A DNA stretch of 63,934 bases, the filler included, from Trypethelium eluteriae (Eukaryota), in NCBI GenBank assembly GCA_051942245.1. It is 3 parts of 3 records of this genome, joined end to end, with 100 filler letters (N's around TTAATTAATTAA, not from the genome) between each part and the next. Parts side by side here need not be neighbours in the genome. Positions count along the whole stretch, not along the records: positions 21,951 to 43,779 come from JAVECL010000459.1; 2 more parts are not named here. The stretch is one strand, 5' to 3'. The first letter of the stretch is position 1, and the number at the start of each line of letters is the position of its first letter. The notes beneath the pieces were generated by a model. That model was not told where the DNA came from and did no database searches. It was given only the letters and a program-made list of their open reading frames with translations. The position numbers and the translations under genes are program-made. This document shows, one piece after another, positions 24,369 to 37,356 of the stretch.

Positions 24369-26181
24369 TGCTCGCTCCGCGGTTAGTGCTGCGAGGTTAA
24401 GGACAGGGGAGATGAGGGTAAGAATGGATAAAAATGTAGTCACTGCCAGATAGGCAGCGCGTTGTTTCGGATCCCAATACAGCGTGCCCATTCAGGACGG
24501 CGGTGGCACATTGCATGAGGCGAGACAAAGTGCCACGTGAAGTGTTTGCCTGGCAAGTACCGATACCTTGCTCACAGCCGGTACGTAATGCATGGAGTTG
24601 TATGGGGTTTGAAACCAGGGTCCGATTATCGCCAATTGTTTGTCAGTTGTTTTGTCCCCGGATTCGGTAGATTTCCTGATTATTACATGCATCTACGGGC
24701 ATAGTTCCCTCTCAGCCTTCAGCCTTCAGCCTGTATGGCGAGACAATTGTCAACCCTTACGTCCGTATTTACTAAATCAGTTCCATGTAGCCAATGGCTG
24801 CGCCCCAACGTTGCCCAATTACCATCAGCGGCAGTGGAGCAGGTCTCCAACCGGGGGCTCCGCATTGTACTGTAGGCTTAGAGACCGCGTAAGCCCGGAT
24901 TTTTGTGTCGTACAGATGCTGCCCAGGATGTCCGCCTCTACCAGGTAGCAGCTTCATGTGACGAGCCGATTGCATGCGTTCGCACATCTCCGAGAACATC
25001 CATCAACTTCAACGTCATGACAATCCCACCTTTCAGTAGCCGATGCATGTTCAGCTGTCCAGGTAGGCGAATGCACAGGCAGAAGATCCCAAGTCTCATC
25101 ACTTACACCGCCAGATTAACCAGGAGACCAGCGGACGGACAAGACCGATGAGACCAATGAGTCTGCTAACCACATGTTTCTGCAGAACCTCTACACTACA
25201 TAGACTTGGTATCAGGCAAGTTGCCAAAATCTGTTGAGCGACCTTAGGAGACTTGCTTATTACCAATGCAACTGTTTGCAGGACGATCTCCATACAGCCG
25301 AAGGCAACCAAAGTACGAGATGGAAGCTGAGAGGACTAAGTGAGAGTGCGATAAGGATTTTTGAACTTCGCATTCTATCTCTGATACGAAGATAGGGAAA
25401 TTCCGTCTATCTTAACGAAGCTATTGCAAAATCACTACACAGGTACTCTAGCGCTATCTGTTTCCGTGTAGGGACGGAGGCTATTCCGTGCGGTTTACTC
25501 TTTGTGGACGTTACATCGCACTGAGCTTGATGATTTACATGATTGCATAAGTGCTCACCCAGTGTTTGAACTAACTCACAAAGTTGGATGCGCACGTTTT
25601 TGGCCGGGGTCTGAAACTCGTGGAAAGTTCCACGAGCCTCACAGAGGCTTACGACGCCACACTTTCGGAGAGTTACTGACTAGTAGTTGTTCGCTACACT
25701 CGCGATGATCTCTCTGCAAGATCTTGCATTGGATCTATGATCTCGATTATGTAGAATAATGTTTTCTGGCGAGCTTCCATAATGATCGTACAGTCTGTCT
25801 TCTGTTCTATTCAACAAGGTACGAATCTCTCAATCGATATGTCTTAATGAAAGAAACCAGAAACTCCCATCGTCCATGAAGAAAAATAGTGTAAATGCTA
25901 TGTCTAGAGCAATTCTGGGAAAGTTGGTTCTGTTGATGCCTCTTCTATCAACTTAGGTAGGTAGAGCTGAATTCCAAGTCAAGATCTCGGTCCGGCCGAA
26001 GGATCCAAAAATAGGGAAGCTCGGCCGCGTAATGCATGCAGGGGCGCACAAAGACTAAATGCTACAGGTACCTATCCAATGACAAGAAGAATCGGGCATC
26101 CTAGCCTCCGTTGTGCAGAAGGCCTTACATCCACTTCTCAACGTTTCTCGTAAACACTGGAAGTGGCAAGGAAGGCATTCG

Positions 26182-29100
26182 TCATTGTAATCCAATCCCA
26201 ATGGCATCAAAATTGAAGTCATTTAGGCCATCGATCCATCTCCCCGAGTACGTCTCCATGGGGTCAAAGTCCTGATTGGCTGTCGCAAAATCCTGTCCAG
26301 CTATCATCGTATCCGTCGGGAAGATGGACGGGTCCACTAGGCTCTCAGAGAAATCGGTACCTGCAGGAACAGGCGCCGCATCAGTGTCCACGTCGGATTC
26401 GGCCAGGCAGAAGGCTGTGGCTTGTTCTCGTGTCCAGAATATGCTGGGGTCAAGCCCTGCTTTCAGCCAGGCCGTTGATCGCAGACGACCGAGGTATTCC
26501 CACGTCTCTGGACCCCCGTCAGTAAGAGGACGACGCATGCTTCCATCTTCCTCCTCACTGCCCACCACATTCTCAGACGGTCCTAGCAGAGCGAAGACGA
26601 TGTCGATAGCAAGGCGTCCAACCTCGGCCAAGTCCGAGAAGGGGCGATCGATGACGTCTTGGAGCACGATCATCATGGGGTGCAGTGGCTGATGAATGCT
26701 ATGAAGCAGTTAGCTAAGGCAACCTCCTGTCAGCAGCAGGGACAGAACTTGCCCAGGCCAGCTCCACTGGAAGTGCTGAAACTCTGTAATACAGGCCAAT
26801 TGGGCAGCCTTTTTAAGGAGCATAATGCAATGACTGAGACCCCTGTTTAGTGTCAGCAAGGCAGGTTCACATGCCACTTGTAGGACACTGACTGGGTGTA
26901 GATGTTCGGCCAGAGTTGCTGAGCAGACAGCTTGAGCATCGGATGGCAAATGACTGCTGTGTGGGTCAGACTCGTCAGTGCTGAATCTTCATGGGGATGT
27001 ATGACATACTCCAATTACGGTCAATAAAGCCTGACAACAGTAGTCTCGCCCACTTATTGAGGCGAAACCTGTATTCGGCCGTATCTCTAGGCTGACGAAT
27101 AGTGCCCCCTCGTCTGGTAGAGGCGCCGCGAGGAATTCGCTCGATTCTTGATGCAAGATCAGTAGTCATGTTCCGGAACCAGGCTCTCATCTCTGACTGG
27201 TCCTCGACAGAGGGGGAAGACCTGCTACAAAGCTTGGAGAGGGCCTTTCGCATGACGTCTGTAGCACATGAGCTCTGAATGTCAATGCTGTAACACGGCA
27301 GAACTTACAGGTGCTGGATAGCTTCCCACCGGCAAGAATGCCGCCTGTAGAAACCATAGAGGTGCCATTGAGATCTTCGGGATCGTCTGCTCTGTCAGGA
27401 AAGCGAATCCTATTAGTCACAGTCTTGTCGTACTCTACTCCTTCAGCAGTCCCGATATATTCATCTTTCAATTCCGTGGGCTTTTGGACGTCCCAGCAAT
27501 GAAGATCAATGACTGGTGGTAATCCAGAAGCGACAGCGATTGAGACATCCAGGTGGACGACATGCCACCATATTCGTCTCCTGACTTCGGCACTGATCGG
27601 ATCGAAGGATTTGAAATGGGTGGGATCTTGGTGCAGGCCGAGCATCTGGGCCACGCGGAAGGAAAGACCAATGAAGGCGCTTTAGATATAGTTAGCACGG
27701 TGGATTTGGGGTTTTCTTAATGCTCAGAAAAGTAGAAATGAGAGAAAATCATAACATTTTGGAGAGATAAAGAGAATAAGAAGAAACCAAGCTTACCAAC
27801 AATTCAATGGCTCCTCTTCTGAAGGCACGTGTCAGTGAGTGACAGCTAGAGGTACATGATCATGGAAATACTCACCTCGCATCCAGATCCCTTGGCAAAT
27901 GAGATATGCTGCAAAAGAGTCTATGGTAGGTGTGTTAGGAAAGTTGGAGGAGCGAATAGCTTGAATCGCTCTCTCTCTCAAGGCAGTTGCAGTCTCCTCA
28001 TGAGTCTTGAATGGAAACGCAGTCTGGATGAGTTTAGGTGGGCATGCGATGCTCCCTGCAAAGACAACCGCCAATAATAGTGCTAAAAACGAAGTCGACG
28101 CTGTACTTGGAGGCTGGTCGAGGGTTTGCCATAAGGTGTCGTAAGATTGCTTGAACGTGGGAATATGCACGAGAGGTGCCAAAGGATGAAAGCCCTCAAA
28201 GTACGCGTTGATTAGGAGATCACACTGTTGTCGTGCCGGGAGCTGACTGATGAGACTGGGTGAACGGTATTGAAATTTACTTGGTCGATGTTGATGATCT
28301 GTCCAAACTGGTGCCGGTGACACAAGTTCACCAAGCAAAGGATCTTGCACGCTCGATGAAGGTTCTAGCTCTGGATTTGGCGCTATCGTGCTGGAAGTCT
28401 CTCTAGTGTTTCGAGGTGAGGTGGAGTGGACAGAATAAGCGTGAGAGCTTTCCAAAGATGATTGGTCATGTCGATTTTGGCCAGTGATCAATTGTTCCAG
28501 TTCTGATACCTGTGCACTTTAGCTGATAGTCTGAAAGGGTTCTCAAGTCCAGAGCAGGTACCTCTTGGCACATGGAGACCCAAAAGCTCTTCTCAACATA
28601 ACGAAATCTACCTCTAGGCTGGATGGTAAGATTGCTCATGCGATCAGAACCTAACCCGGGTGATTCATCTTTGACAGCGCCTGATTGTCATAGATATTAG
28701 CTCCAATCATGAGCAATCAAATCAGATGTAAATACCGGCGATACCTTGAGAAGTCCCACGAGAGTAGTCGTTAGAGACTTGCTCACCCGCTGCATGTTCT
28801 AGTAAGGATTCAGTGGAGAACGCGCATGAAGACGAGGGAGCACCTACGCAGATTTTGAACAATGCGAGTCAATCTCTCCACTCGTTGCTCAATAGACTGC
28901 AGTCTCTCAACGGGTATGGTCAAGATTGAGGTCGGAATCTCTTCGCTGGACTGTTCAGGACCAGCTTGCCTTCGGGTTTCGTCTGCATAACGAATTAGGA
29001 ACTGCATTTTCCATAAGACTGGCTGGACCCATTTCCGTCATACCGATGAATGCGAATTGCTTAGGTTGACTCGATTCATAGATGCACTACGCTCTGATAA

Positions 29101-29320
29101 GTCTTGAAATGGTCCATCATAGTAGTACAAGCCTATGTCGTACCTGACTTCTACTATCACGACATCGACCACAGACTGGTCGCACCTGAGAGAGTCAGTC
29201 GGACTGATCCTGTGCTTGCCACCGAAAGGGGAGAGAGAAAAAAAATACTTTATCGCAGCGAACTTTACGTCGTCTACACTCAGTGCAAGTTTTGACAGGG
29301 CGGTCCTGAACTTGGGCCAT
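26182..29320 (-). CDS. Zn(II)2Cys6 transcription factor with fungal-specific TF domain, many exons
   Basis: The zinc cluster is absent from the ORF track but can be rebuilt from three small exons: MAQVQDRPVKTCTECRRRKVRCDK|VRPVCGRCRDSRSQ|CIYE (ATG 29320). Downstream: LPARQQCDLLINAYFEGFHPLAPLVHIPTF, AQMLGLHQDP, AEVRRRIWWHVVHLD. Confidence 0.92.
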
Positions 29321-32300
29321 GTTGAGTTAAACTTTTTTCTTACATCGCTTTCTATTCTACAATCGAGGTCTCAGCCTTATATTTGTCACCCACCATACCT
29401 GCCAAGTGTGGAGCTGAGGTTCTTTTTGGCGTGACGATCAAGAGGCAGCACACACTGCCACGATCGGATTGTTTCTACCCCTGGTTAGAATCGAGAGCAC
29501 CTGTGGCTCGGGTCCGGCGTAGCCGCGATTTGCTCTCGCAGTATAGAGCCGATAAAGCTTCACCAACGGCGGTTGAGAAGCGCGACTTTGCTTGTGTATG
29601 CTTGCAGGGCCCGATCGACTCAGGGCCTCTACCAGCCAAGAATAGCTTCCGACAGCGGATAACTCCATATGGGAGGAGCTAAGCTTAAGCGGCGAGTATT
29701 GCTCCAGAAAGATGCAGCCCGACGGAATTGGGGACCGGCTTCCAGGTAAATGCAGGCCATTAGGCGCGTTGTTGGGTATGAGGCGCGGCTCGGCTAGCCT
29801 GCTCCAAACACGCAGACGGGATACTCGAGTCGTAATCTGCTTGTCGTTGGCCCTGCCCGTGGCCCTACGGTGGCAGCGGGTCCTGGCAGGTGATGCTCAG
29901 GGTGACTAGGATGGCTGCGATGACATAACTGGCGAACACATGGCGCACAGGGACAAGGGAGGGCGATGCGTGCACCGTTCCTGTCAGTCTGTAACGGACT
30001 ATGGGTGGATGAGCCTCCTCTGCCTGCCGGTAAATGCATCTTATCGGCCGGTTCGGCGTCGTCTCGCTGTCGTGACCGTCGTGAGTGTCGTTGTGGCTAG
30101 GATCGGCTCGGCCGAGAACCCTACTTTGAGAAAGGTCAGTAGTCACTAGAGTACTGTACACACAACATACAACTCCCACCGCTGTCCTCGAGACCTCCCA
30201 CCTCTATCCCCACACAGCCCCTTCTTGAGCCAGCCTTCTCCACAGCGTTCCCTGCAGCTCCATGTGCAGGTGCAGATTGCAGTTGAAACATCGCGGATGA
30301 AACGGCTCTGCGGCCTGCTTCCCTGTTTCGGGCAATTTCGAGGCCGCCAATCCATCCATGTTTCTTGCCACAGTTCAGTACAAGTACGAGTTTTGAGGCA
30401 GGGCTGACCTGCGGTGAAGGATACGTACCCACCTGCTCTTCGTATTTACCTGCCTCTCGATTGACACATTTTGTGCTCAACCTCTTTTGCTGTCCAATAT
30501 TGGCCCATCACCCGCCTCTTCCATCTCGTTGGTGGCTTCTAGTTTGCATGAAACAATCCACAGACCCTTCTCTACTCTTCATTCCCCTGGCCCGAATATT
30601 TTCATCCCGATGATCAATCCATGTGCCTTCTCGACTAATTTACTCGCCTTGGTCTTGGCCCTGCCCATATCTGCTATCCTTGGAGCACAGGACCTGCAGA
30701 CTTCCTCCATTTGCCTCGGGTCCAAGCCGTCACAAGATCCTGTTTTGCACATTTTGCTGAATCACGGTCATGCAAGAAAATTCCCGTCTACAGACACTAC
30801 TGCGAACCGTCGGTTCCAGCAGACCGGAAGCTGTACTACTTATACGGGAGATAGCCTATTGCCCCCCATTGGTTTGATGTACCTGGGTACGCATGTCTAA
30901 GTGCTCTCTTTTAACTCTTGCGTTGGTCCAGCGACCCGGCCCTGAGGTAGTAGCATTCTCCTAATTCGAGCGATTTTGGATCTACAGTTCGTACGCCGGG
31001 CAGCACAGTTTGTCACCCAGGAGTTAATCTAGACCTCCTCGTGCATGATAGTTCTACGGAAACTTCGCACGCGCACACCGCAGTGTCCGAGGTAGTTTCT
31101 CCTTCCCCATTCTCCAGTCCTAGTATTTCCCCGCTTGTGGCAGTGAATGCTTACGATTTGTCAGGTCTCAACGCACGACGATACTCTGCTGCATCAAACT
31201 GGCCCACATCCAAGCTGAAAGAGTTGACAGAGAGCAATATATCCTAACTCACCGAGCCTAGCGTATGAGCCGCGCTCCTGACCCGTTTCCCCGCTTTATC
31301 GATTCTGCGGTCTGAGGGAACTTGACCGGAAACCCAATGAAATCTATCTTAACTCAGCCCTATGGATACCCACCATCAAGCCATTTCCAACGTTGTGTAG
31401 CACAAGCAATATTTAGCATGAGCCAGTCCTCATGTTTGATGTGTGCAGTCCCAGCCACAAATGACGTCAAAACAAGCGGTGACAAGAACTAGCAAGCGAG
31501 CTATGATCTGTCCCGTTCTTGCGCGGGAGGGTTGATAGAAGTCACCTATGGATCCTTATAGAACGATTGGCGTCACTTCACAACACCGGCTGCACAGCCT
31601 CTCCCGCTGCTCGTGATTGCAATACCCTGGCCAATGCATAGCGCTACTGCGAGACAAGTTGCTGAACCTGCAGGAAAGGTTATCTCTGTTTTCGTAATAT
31701 TTATTTCCGTCCAGGATCTCTGCATTTCTTCTACAGGCTCTGATCGAGATCTTAAACGGGAGATCGAATGCGATCTGTAGGTATCTACGGGGTGCGGAAG
31801 GAGCCGGGTTCCTACATTCCGTCTCAAAGGCAAAGTCAGGAACAAACCTGATCTAATAGTGTAAATTGACCGCGGAAGATGCCCAGCTCGTCTAGCAGAA
31901 CCTCTGGATCAGCTTTCTGCCACAAAAGTGCTCGTGTTCCATTTTAAAGCGGTTGCAGAGCTGACCAATCACTAGCAAAGCTGAAGCTGTTCCAGCGATA
32001 GAGCGCACTACTAGCACAGTCCGCCAAATCGTAGCTTCCATGGATACTTTGAAAACAGGCAGGGAGCCAATCTACTGGAGCATCGGCATCAAACCTTGGT
32101 TGTCAGAGCTATCGTGTCCAAGTCCAAACTGTCATGGAGCTGTACCATCAACTATCGTACGGGCTGCAATGCTAACGCCACGGGACATAACACGACCATG
32201 CATCGCCATTCTGCAGCTTCCATATACGATTAAGAAACCAGCAGGATATTTAGGGTACGGAAAATATAATTCCTGATGGATTGAACTCAGCCTCAGTTTG

Positions 32301-32630
32301 ATGAGACGAGATGTTGGTGATGGAAGACGCCCATTTCTTGAGGGAGCGAGCTCTGCATGAGACGATGAAGCAGCTTCACAAGTCTCGGGACAGAGGAGCC
32401 AATTGGAGCCAATTGTAGGGGTGTTGAAAATCGCGGCCCGTCGGCCGACGAAACACCAGCATTGTATGCTTTAAGGTACTATCGTATCGTACTAGACCAA
32501 GCGATGAACGCTTGGATTAGGTAAACAATGGCTATGGCCCATTACCAACTCCTCTCTACTATCCTCAATGTTTGACATTCATGAGACAAAGCCGCCTCTC
32601 AAGACATTCTGTCCTCTCGTTTGGAAAGTA

Positions 32631-32748
32631 CCTTACCGCGGTGGGGGTTTCCTCAACCGATGTCAACATGGGCCAACAGGGTCATAACAGTAAAGTTGAA
32701 ATAACATTGTATTGATTACCACTTGAAAACCCTCCCTCCGCGGTAAGG
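32631..32748. mobile_element. MITE-like element (TA-flanked, terminal inverted repeats)
   Basis: TA|CCTTACCGCGGTGGGGGTTTCCTCAA ... TTGAAAACCCTCCCTCCGCGGTAAGG|TA: 11-bp perfect inverted ends extending imperfectly to ~26 bp, TA on both sides, non-coding AT-rich interior. Confidence 0.55.
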
Positions 32749-33118
32749 TAGATAGACGCGACTCTGTGAGATTCGCACTTAGATAATCCGGCCAAATTTT
32801 AGCGCCCCGAAAGCGCAACATTTGTCTTTGTCGCCCTTCCTCCTCGAGCTTGTTAATTACTTGCTTGTACTGCGCCGTGCTTGAGCCGATGCAACCTCCT
32901 GCACTGAAGCGAAGCGAGTGCCTCCGTGCTTTATGCCGGACTTAACCCACACGGGTATCGCAAGAGTATCGTGTTGATTGAGCACTCTCCCTATGCTGTG
33001 TCCAACATCACAAACGCCACTTGCAAAGTGCTACTTGGATGGAATCCCGGTCGGCAACCTCGCTTATCCTAAGGATCTCGCTTCCTGAAATGGTCGTGCT
33101 TGTTAATCGACCTACAAG

Positions 33119-34714
33119 ATGCCGGCTCGGAAGCAGGAACCCTATGATCTGGACTTTGTGCTTCGTCGCGTCTTCAAGAAAAGCAGTTTCAGGTACGTGT
33201 TCGTTGCATCACATCACATAGCCAGAGCTCATTGCACGTAGACCGGTCCAGCGTGAAGTGATTCGAGCCACGCTCGAAGGTCAAGATGTGTTTCTATCTG
33301 CTGCTACCTCCTTCGGCAAGAGCTTGTGCTTTCAGCTCCCGGCGGTGCTGGGACACGGGAGTATGTACCAACTGGGTGGTAGTTTGGCGGTGTGCACTAA
33401 CGTCCTAAAAGTCACAATCGTTATTTCTCCTCTCTTGGCTCTCATGGTAATATGAGCGCAGGCACGAACATGAAGTCTGGTTGACTTCCGATCTAGAATA
33501 ACCAAATCGCGGCTCTTCGGACTGCTGGGGTCGCGGTCGAAACAATCAACAGTACCATCCCTCTCAGCCACAAGAACGCCATACTCGACGATCTTCGCTG
33601 TGGTCACCCTCATATACGCTTGCTTTACGTAACACCCGAATTTTGTACGCTTGACCATTTCAGGCGCTGCTTGCGTATAGTACACGAGCAGCAGGAGCTC
33701 TCTCGCATTGCTGTGGATGAGGCACATTGTATCAGCGAGTGGGGTCATGATTTTCGTCGCGCATTCCAGTCACTTTCATTTTTTAAACGTGAATTCCCTG
33801 AAGTTCCTTTGATTGCTCTCACTGCGACAGCTACTTCCCGCGTTCGCAACGATGTTATTGAGACGCTTGGACTTGACAGACGCACTGTTCGCGTCTTCAA
33901 TGGCACCGTTGCACGTCCCAATCTTCACTTCGAAGTACGCTTCAAGAACGATGACTCTGACATTTATGATGACTTTGTCACATGGCTTCGCGCTGCGCAC
34001 GCGCGTCGGAAACAACCGTCCCGAGCGGCAGAGCTTCAGAATCGTGGCGAGCGTCCTGACGGCGTCTCAGGCATCATCTATACGTTGTTTCGGCGAGACT
34101 GCGAAGCGCTCGCAGCACGTCTCTGTAATGATCGCGTTGGTGCCAGACCTTATCATGCTGGCTTGAGCTCCGATCTGAAGGATGATTACCTCAAAGGCTG
34201 GGTAGATAATAAGGAGGGCTACGACGTGATTGTCGCAACCACGGCGTTCGGAATGGGCATAGACAAAGAAAATGTCCGCTTTGTCGTACACTGGCAAATT
34301 CCGAAAAGCTTTGAAGGCTACTATCAAGAAGCAGGGCGAGCTGGTCGTGATGGCAAAGCAAGCGTCTGTATGATTTACTATGGCCGTGAAGATCGAGATC
34401 GAGCCGCTTCTCTAATGGCAAGGGACGTGAGTGGTAGGGGAGCCGCGGCGAACGCTGACGCGATGCAGACGATGCAAAGCCGTGCTCAGAGTCTGCAGGC
34501 GCTCGTTGAGTACTGTGAGAACACAAATACATGCAGACACAAAATCATCGCAAATTATTTCGGCGATGAGAGTACACCTCAGTGCGAGTGGGCGTGTGAC
34601 TGGCATAAGGATAAGAATGATCTGAAGAGGCGGAAAGAGGACGGCCTAGCGAGTGAAGAGTGGTGCTCTACTCAGCGACAGAGTGGAGCTTACGCAATGG
34701 ATGAATACGACTAA
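33119..34714 (+). CDS. Compact RecQ-family DNA helicase (helicase core plus Zn-binding region, no HRDC), 4 exons
   Basis: FR|PVQREVI (motif 0), AATSFGKSLCFQLPA, VISPLLALM, LLYVTPE, AVDEAHCISEWGHDFR, ALTATAT, RPNL, YHAGL, VATTAFGMGIDKENVRFVVH, YYQEAGRAGRDG, CRHKIIANYFG. Confidence 0.95.
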
Positions 34715-37356
34715 TGGACCAAGGACCGTATGTCACGCAGGGAAAGGTCCTTTTTGCCACTGCTCGGCAACCGACCAAAGCCACATCGTGATGACGAGCT
34801 GGAGGCGGCAGATTCCGTCATCTATATGGAGAAAGTGCTTTTCTTCTTCTTCTGGCAGCAAGGCGGGAAACTCGTGCCGTTATCTTACAGGTGAGATGGC
34901 CCTGGTATCGCTGATGACGGGAATTGATAATGTTTTAGGACTAAGCGCAGTCGCTGAGCTGTACAAGCTTCCTGCCAAGTGAAATCCTCCGCTTTGCCTC
35001 ATTCTTGCGTACATGCCTCGGTGCTTCTATGGGCTGCTCGGGCTGTGTGGCGGCTCCTAGCCAGCCTGTTTAATACCCAAACCACTAATTCATTCGAATG
35101 TCCGTTTCCGGGCTCAGAGGCTAGCAAACAATTTTTAAACAACTCCTTGCATCTGAGTGCTTGATATTACCATCCAATACGAAAGGCGAAGCTAAAAAAA
35201 AACCACCGCGCGTAGGAGCACGTGTATATTCGATGATCAGCTCGCCTGTATACCTCGCCACCATATCTTACCCCGTTTTAGCCTCACATTCCCTAAACCT
35301 CTAGTGGTATTTAAGCTCCGGCAACCTCCGAACCCCAGCCAATTCAAACACAAGCTAGCGAGCTACCTATATAGCTACATCGTATCCTTGTTAAACGCAC
35401 TAGCCAACTTGTTTCGAATAGAGCCAGGGTCCGATCCATCTGATTTGAAAGCCGACGGCAAAGCCGATCCAGCTATTAAAGGACCCACTTGTCCACACTA
35501 CTTAGGATTTGGCCCAGAACGTATATTGTCATCCTTCCGAGTTTCAGGCCCGGATAAAGAGCAGCTCCATGCATACTGAGAACTGCCGAGTGTCGATGCG
35601 TATAGCTTCAGGCGCAAGCACAAATCCTAGTCGTATGGTGCCCGGAAGGACACACGCCCAATCCACCGCACCAAAACGTTTCCATAATCCGTTTCCCGGA
35701 AGGTAAGATTTCCAACAGATGAACCCACTTGAGTAAACCGATCACTGTAACCGAATTTGGGAAGAAGGAGGGAAAAAGAAAAGGAAAAAGAAAAAGAGAA
35801 AGGAAAGTCCACGGCAAGTGGCGGTATAGCAAGTCTGAACTCTGAAGCTGGATTTCCGCGGCTTGGCCCTAAGTGTCCATTCTGTGGATATTGAGCACAT
35901 ACAAACCCGACAATCAAGGTCGCTTGCAGCTTGGACTTCGGCTCACACGGCATACGCCAGCAGATTTTCATGAAGCTGAGCTTGTCTGCAGGCCGCTCGG
36001 ATGGTAGAAGCATCTTTTGACTGGTCCGTTCGGGATTTTTTTTTTTATCAATACATGCTTATCGAAAACACGACATACAAGTCTTAGCATACTAGACGTT
36101 GCTACATCTTGGGTTTATGGTACATTGTCATTTACCATGCTCTACAACATCAACCCGGCAAGCCCGACGTTGGACGAATGTTAGCGTTGCGGAACGATCC
36201 CCTTCCGGATCATAGTCCGGTTCTTGGACAACCCTGATAGCTATTGTCCAGTGCCATAGGATAGCTCCAGTAAAGGAAGTACATCAATCTCGGACGCACT
36301 AGTATTAAAGCCCAATTCTTTTCTGAGTCCTTCCTCTCTAGAGTCATTACAAATCTTTGCTTCACTGTCTTACGCTGCGGGTGCTGCTTCAGACGTATTA
36401 AGATAACATTTGGAGACAAGGGCAGTAGGCACAATTCAAAGAGCCAAAGCTCCGCATGCTATTCTTTCCTCATCCCTCTTGTGGAAATCAGGGCAAGGCC
36501 AGACCGATGGCCATTTCCCCCTAAATAAAGCCGTGGTGGCTTTTAGTTGCATCCCTCAAACATCGCGTATTCCAGCCATGTGTGCTCGTATAAGTACATG
36601 AGTCTCTCAGGTGTAGAAAATCAACGCTTTAAGCTCGGTCACAATTCCTTGGTTGCACAGAAGTCTTCATAAAAGGATGAAAGTATGCTCGAAAAAAGCA
36701 CTGGAATACAATGTTTGATTAGCTGTAGGATGCAAACCACACACCTCATACAAATCTTCATTCATATGCCTTTGTCATACATGCAAGTGGTCAAAGCTAT
36801 GGTCGCATTTGAAGATGAGTGATAGAGGATAGTTTGGTCATGTGAAAGGAAGGCGCAATAGAAGCAAAGTCAAGAAGATGACTCCTCGGTTCAGCCCGGT
36901 GAGCAGTCCTTGTGAATATGTCATAGGTGATAATAGATGCTACTCAAGTATTCACCCCCAATCCCAGAAACTCAAGCTGTTCTCGGCCTCCACACTGTTG
37001 AACGTCAACCTCAATGCACTTGAATTCACTTAATGCCACCCCGTAGTTAGCATGGGAATGGGATTCATATCGGGATATCATGATGGTTTAAGTCCAGTCA
37101 TATCGATTATTCCTCCAAGTCGTCGCTTGGATCTCTTGTGGACTCAATCACTCATGGTTGAGTCTTGACACATGAATCGATTCTTTAGTCTTCTCTCTAT
37201 ACTAAGGAGTATCAGACTCACCAAGAGGATATTATATATAGAAGTATGGGCTAGAGCGTAGAACAAATTCTTGATCAGCATATATGTTTGGTTCTTGTCT
37301 AAGCCAAGCAATCTATCAAAAATTTCGGCAGGGGAGACACACAACTCAGAGACATT

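Noticed and set aside
35250..37300. Possible degenerate gene(s), or a telomerase RNA template (CCCTAAACCT at ~35291)
   Set aside because: No TAACCCTAA template match, and the ORF fragments show no recognisable family.
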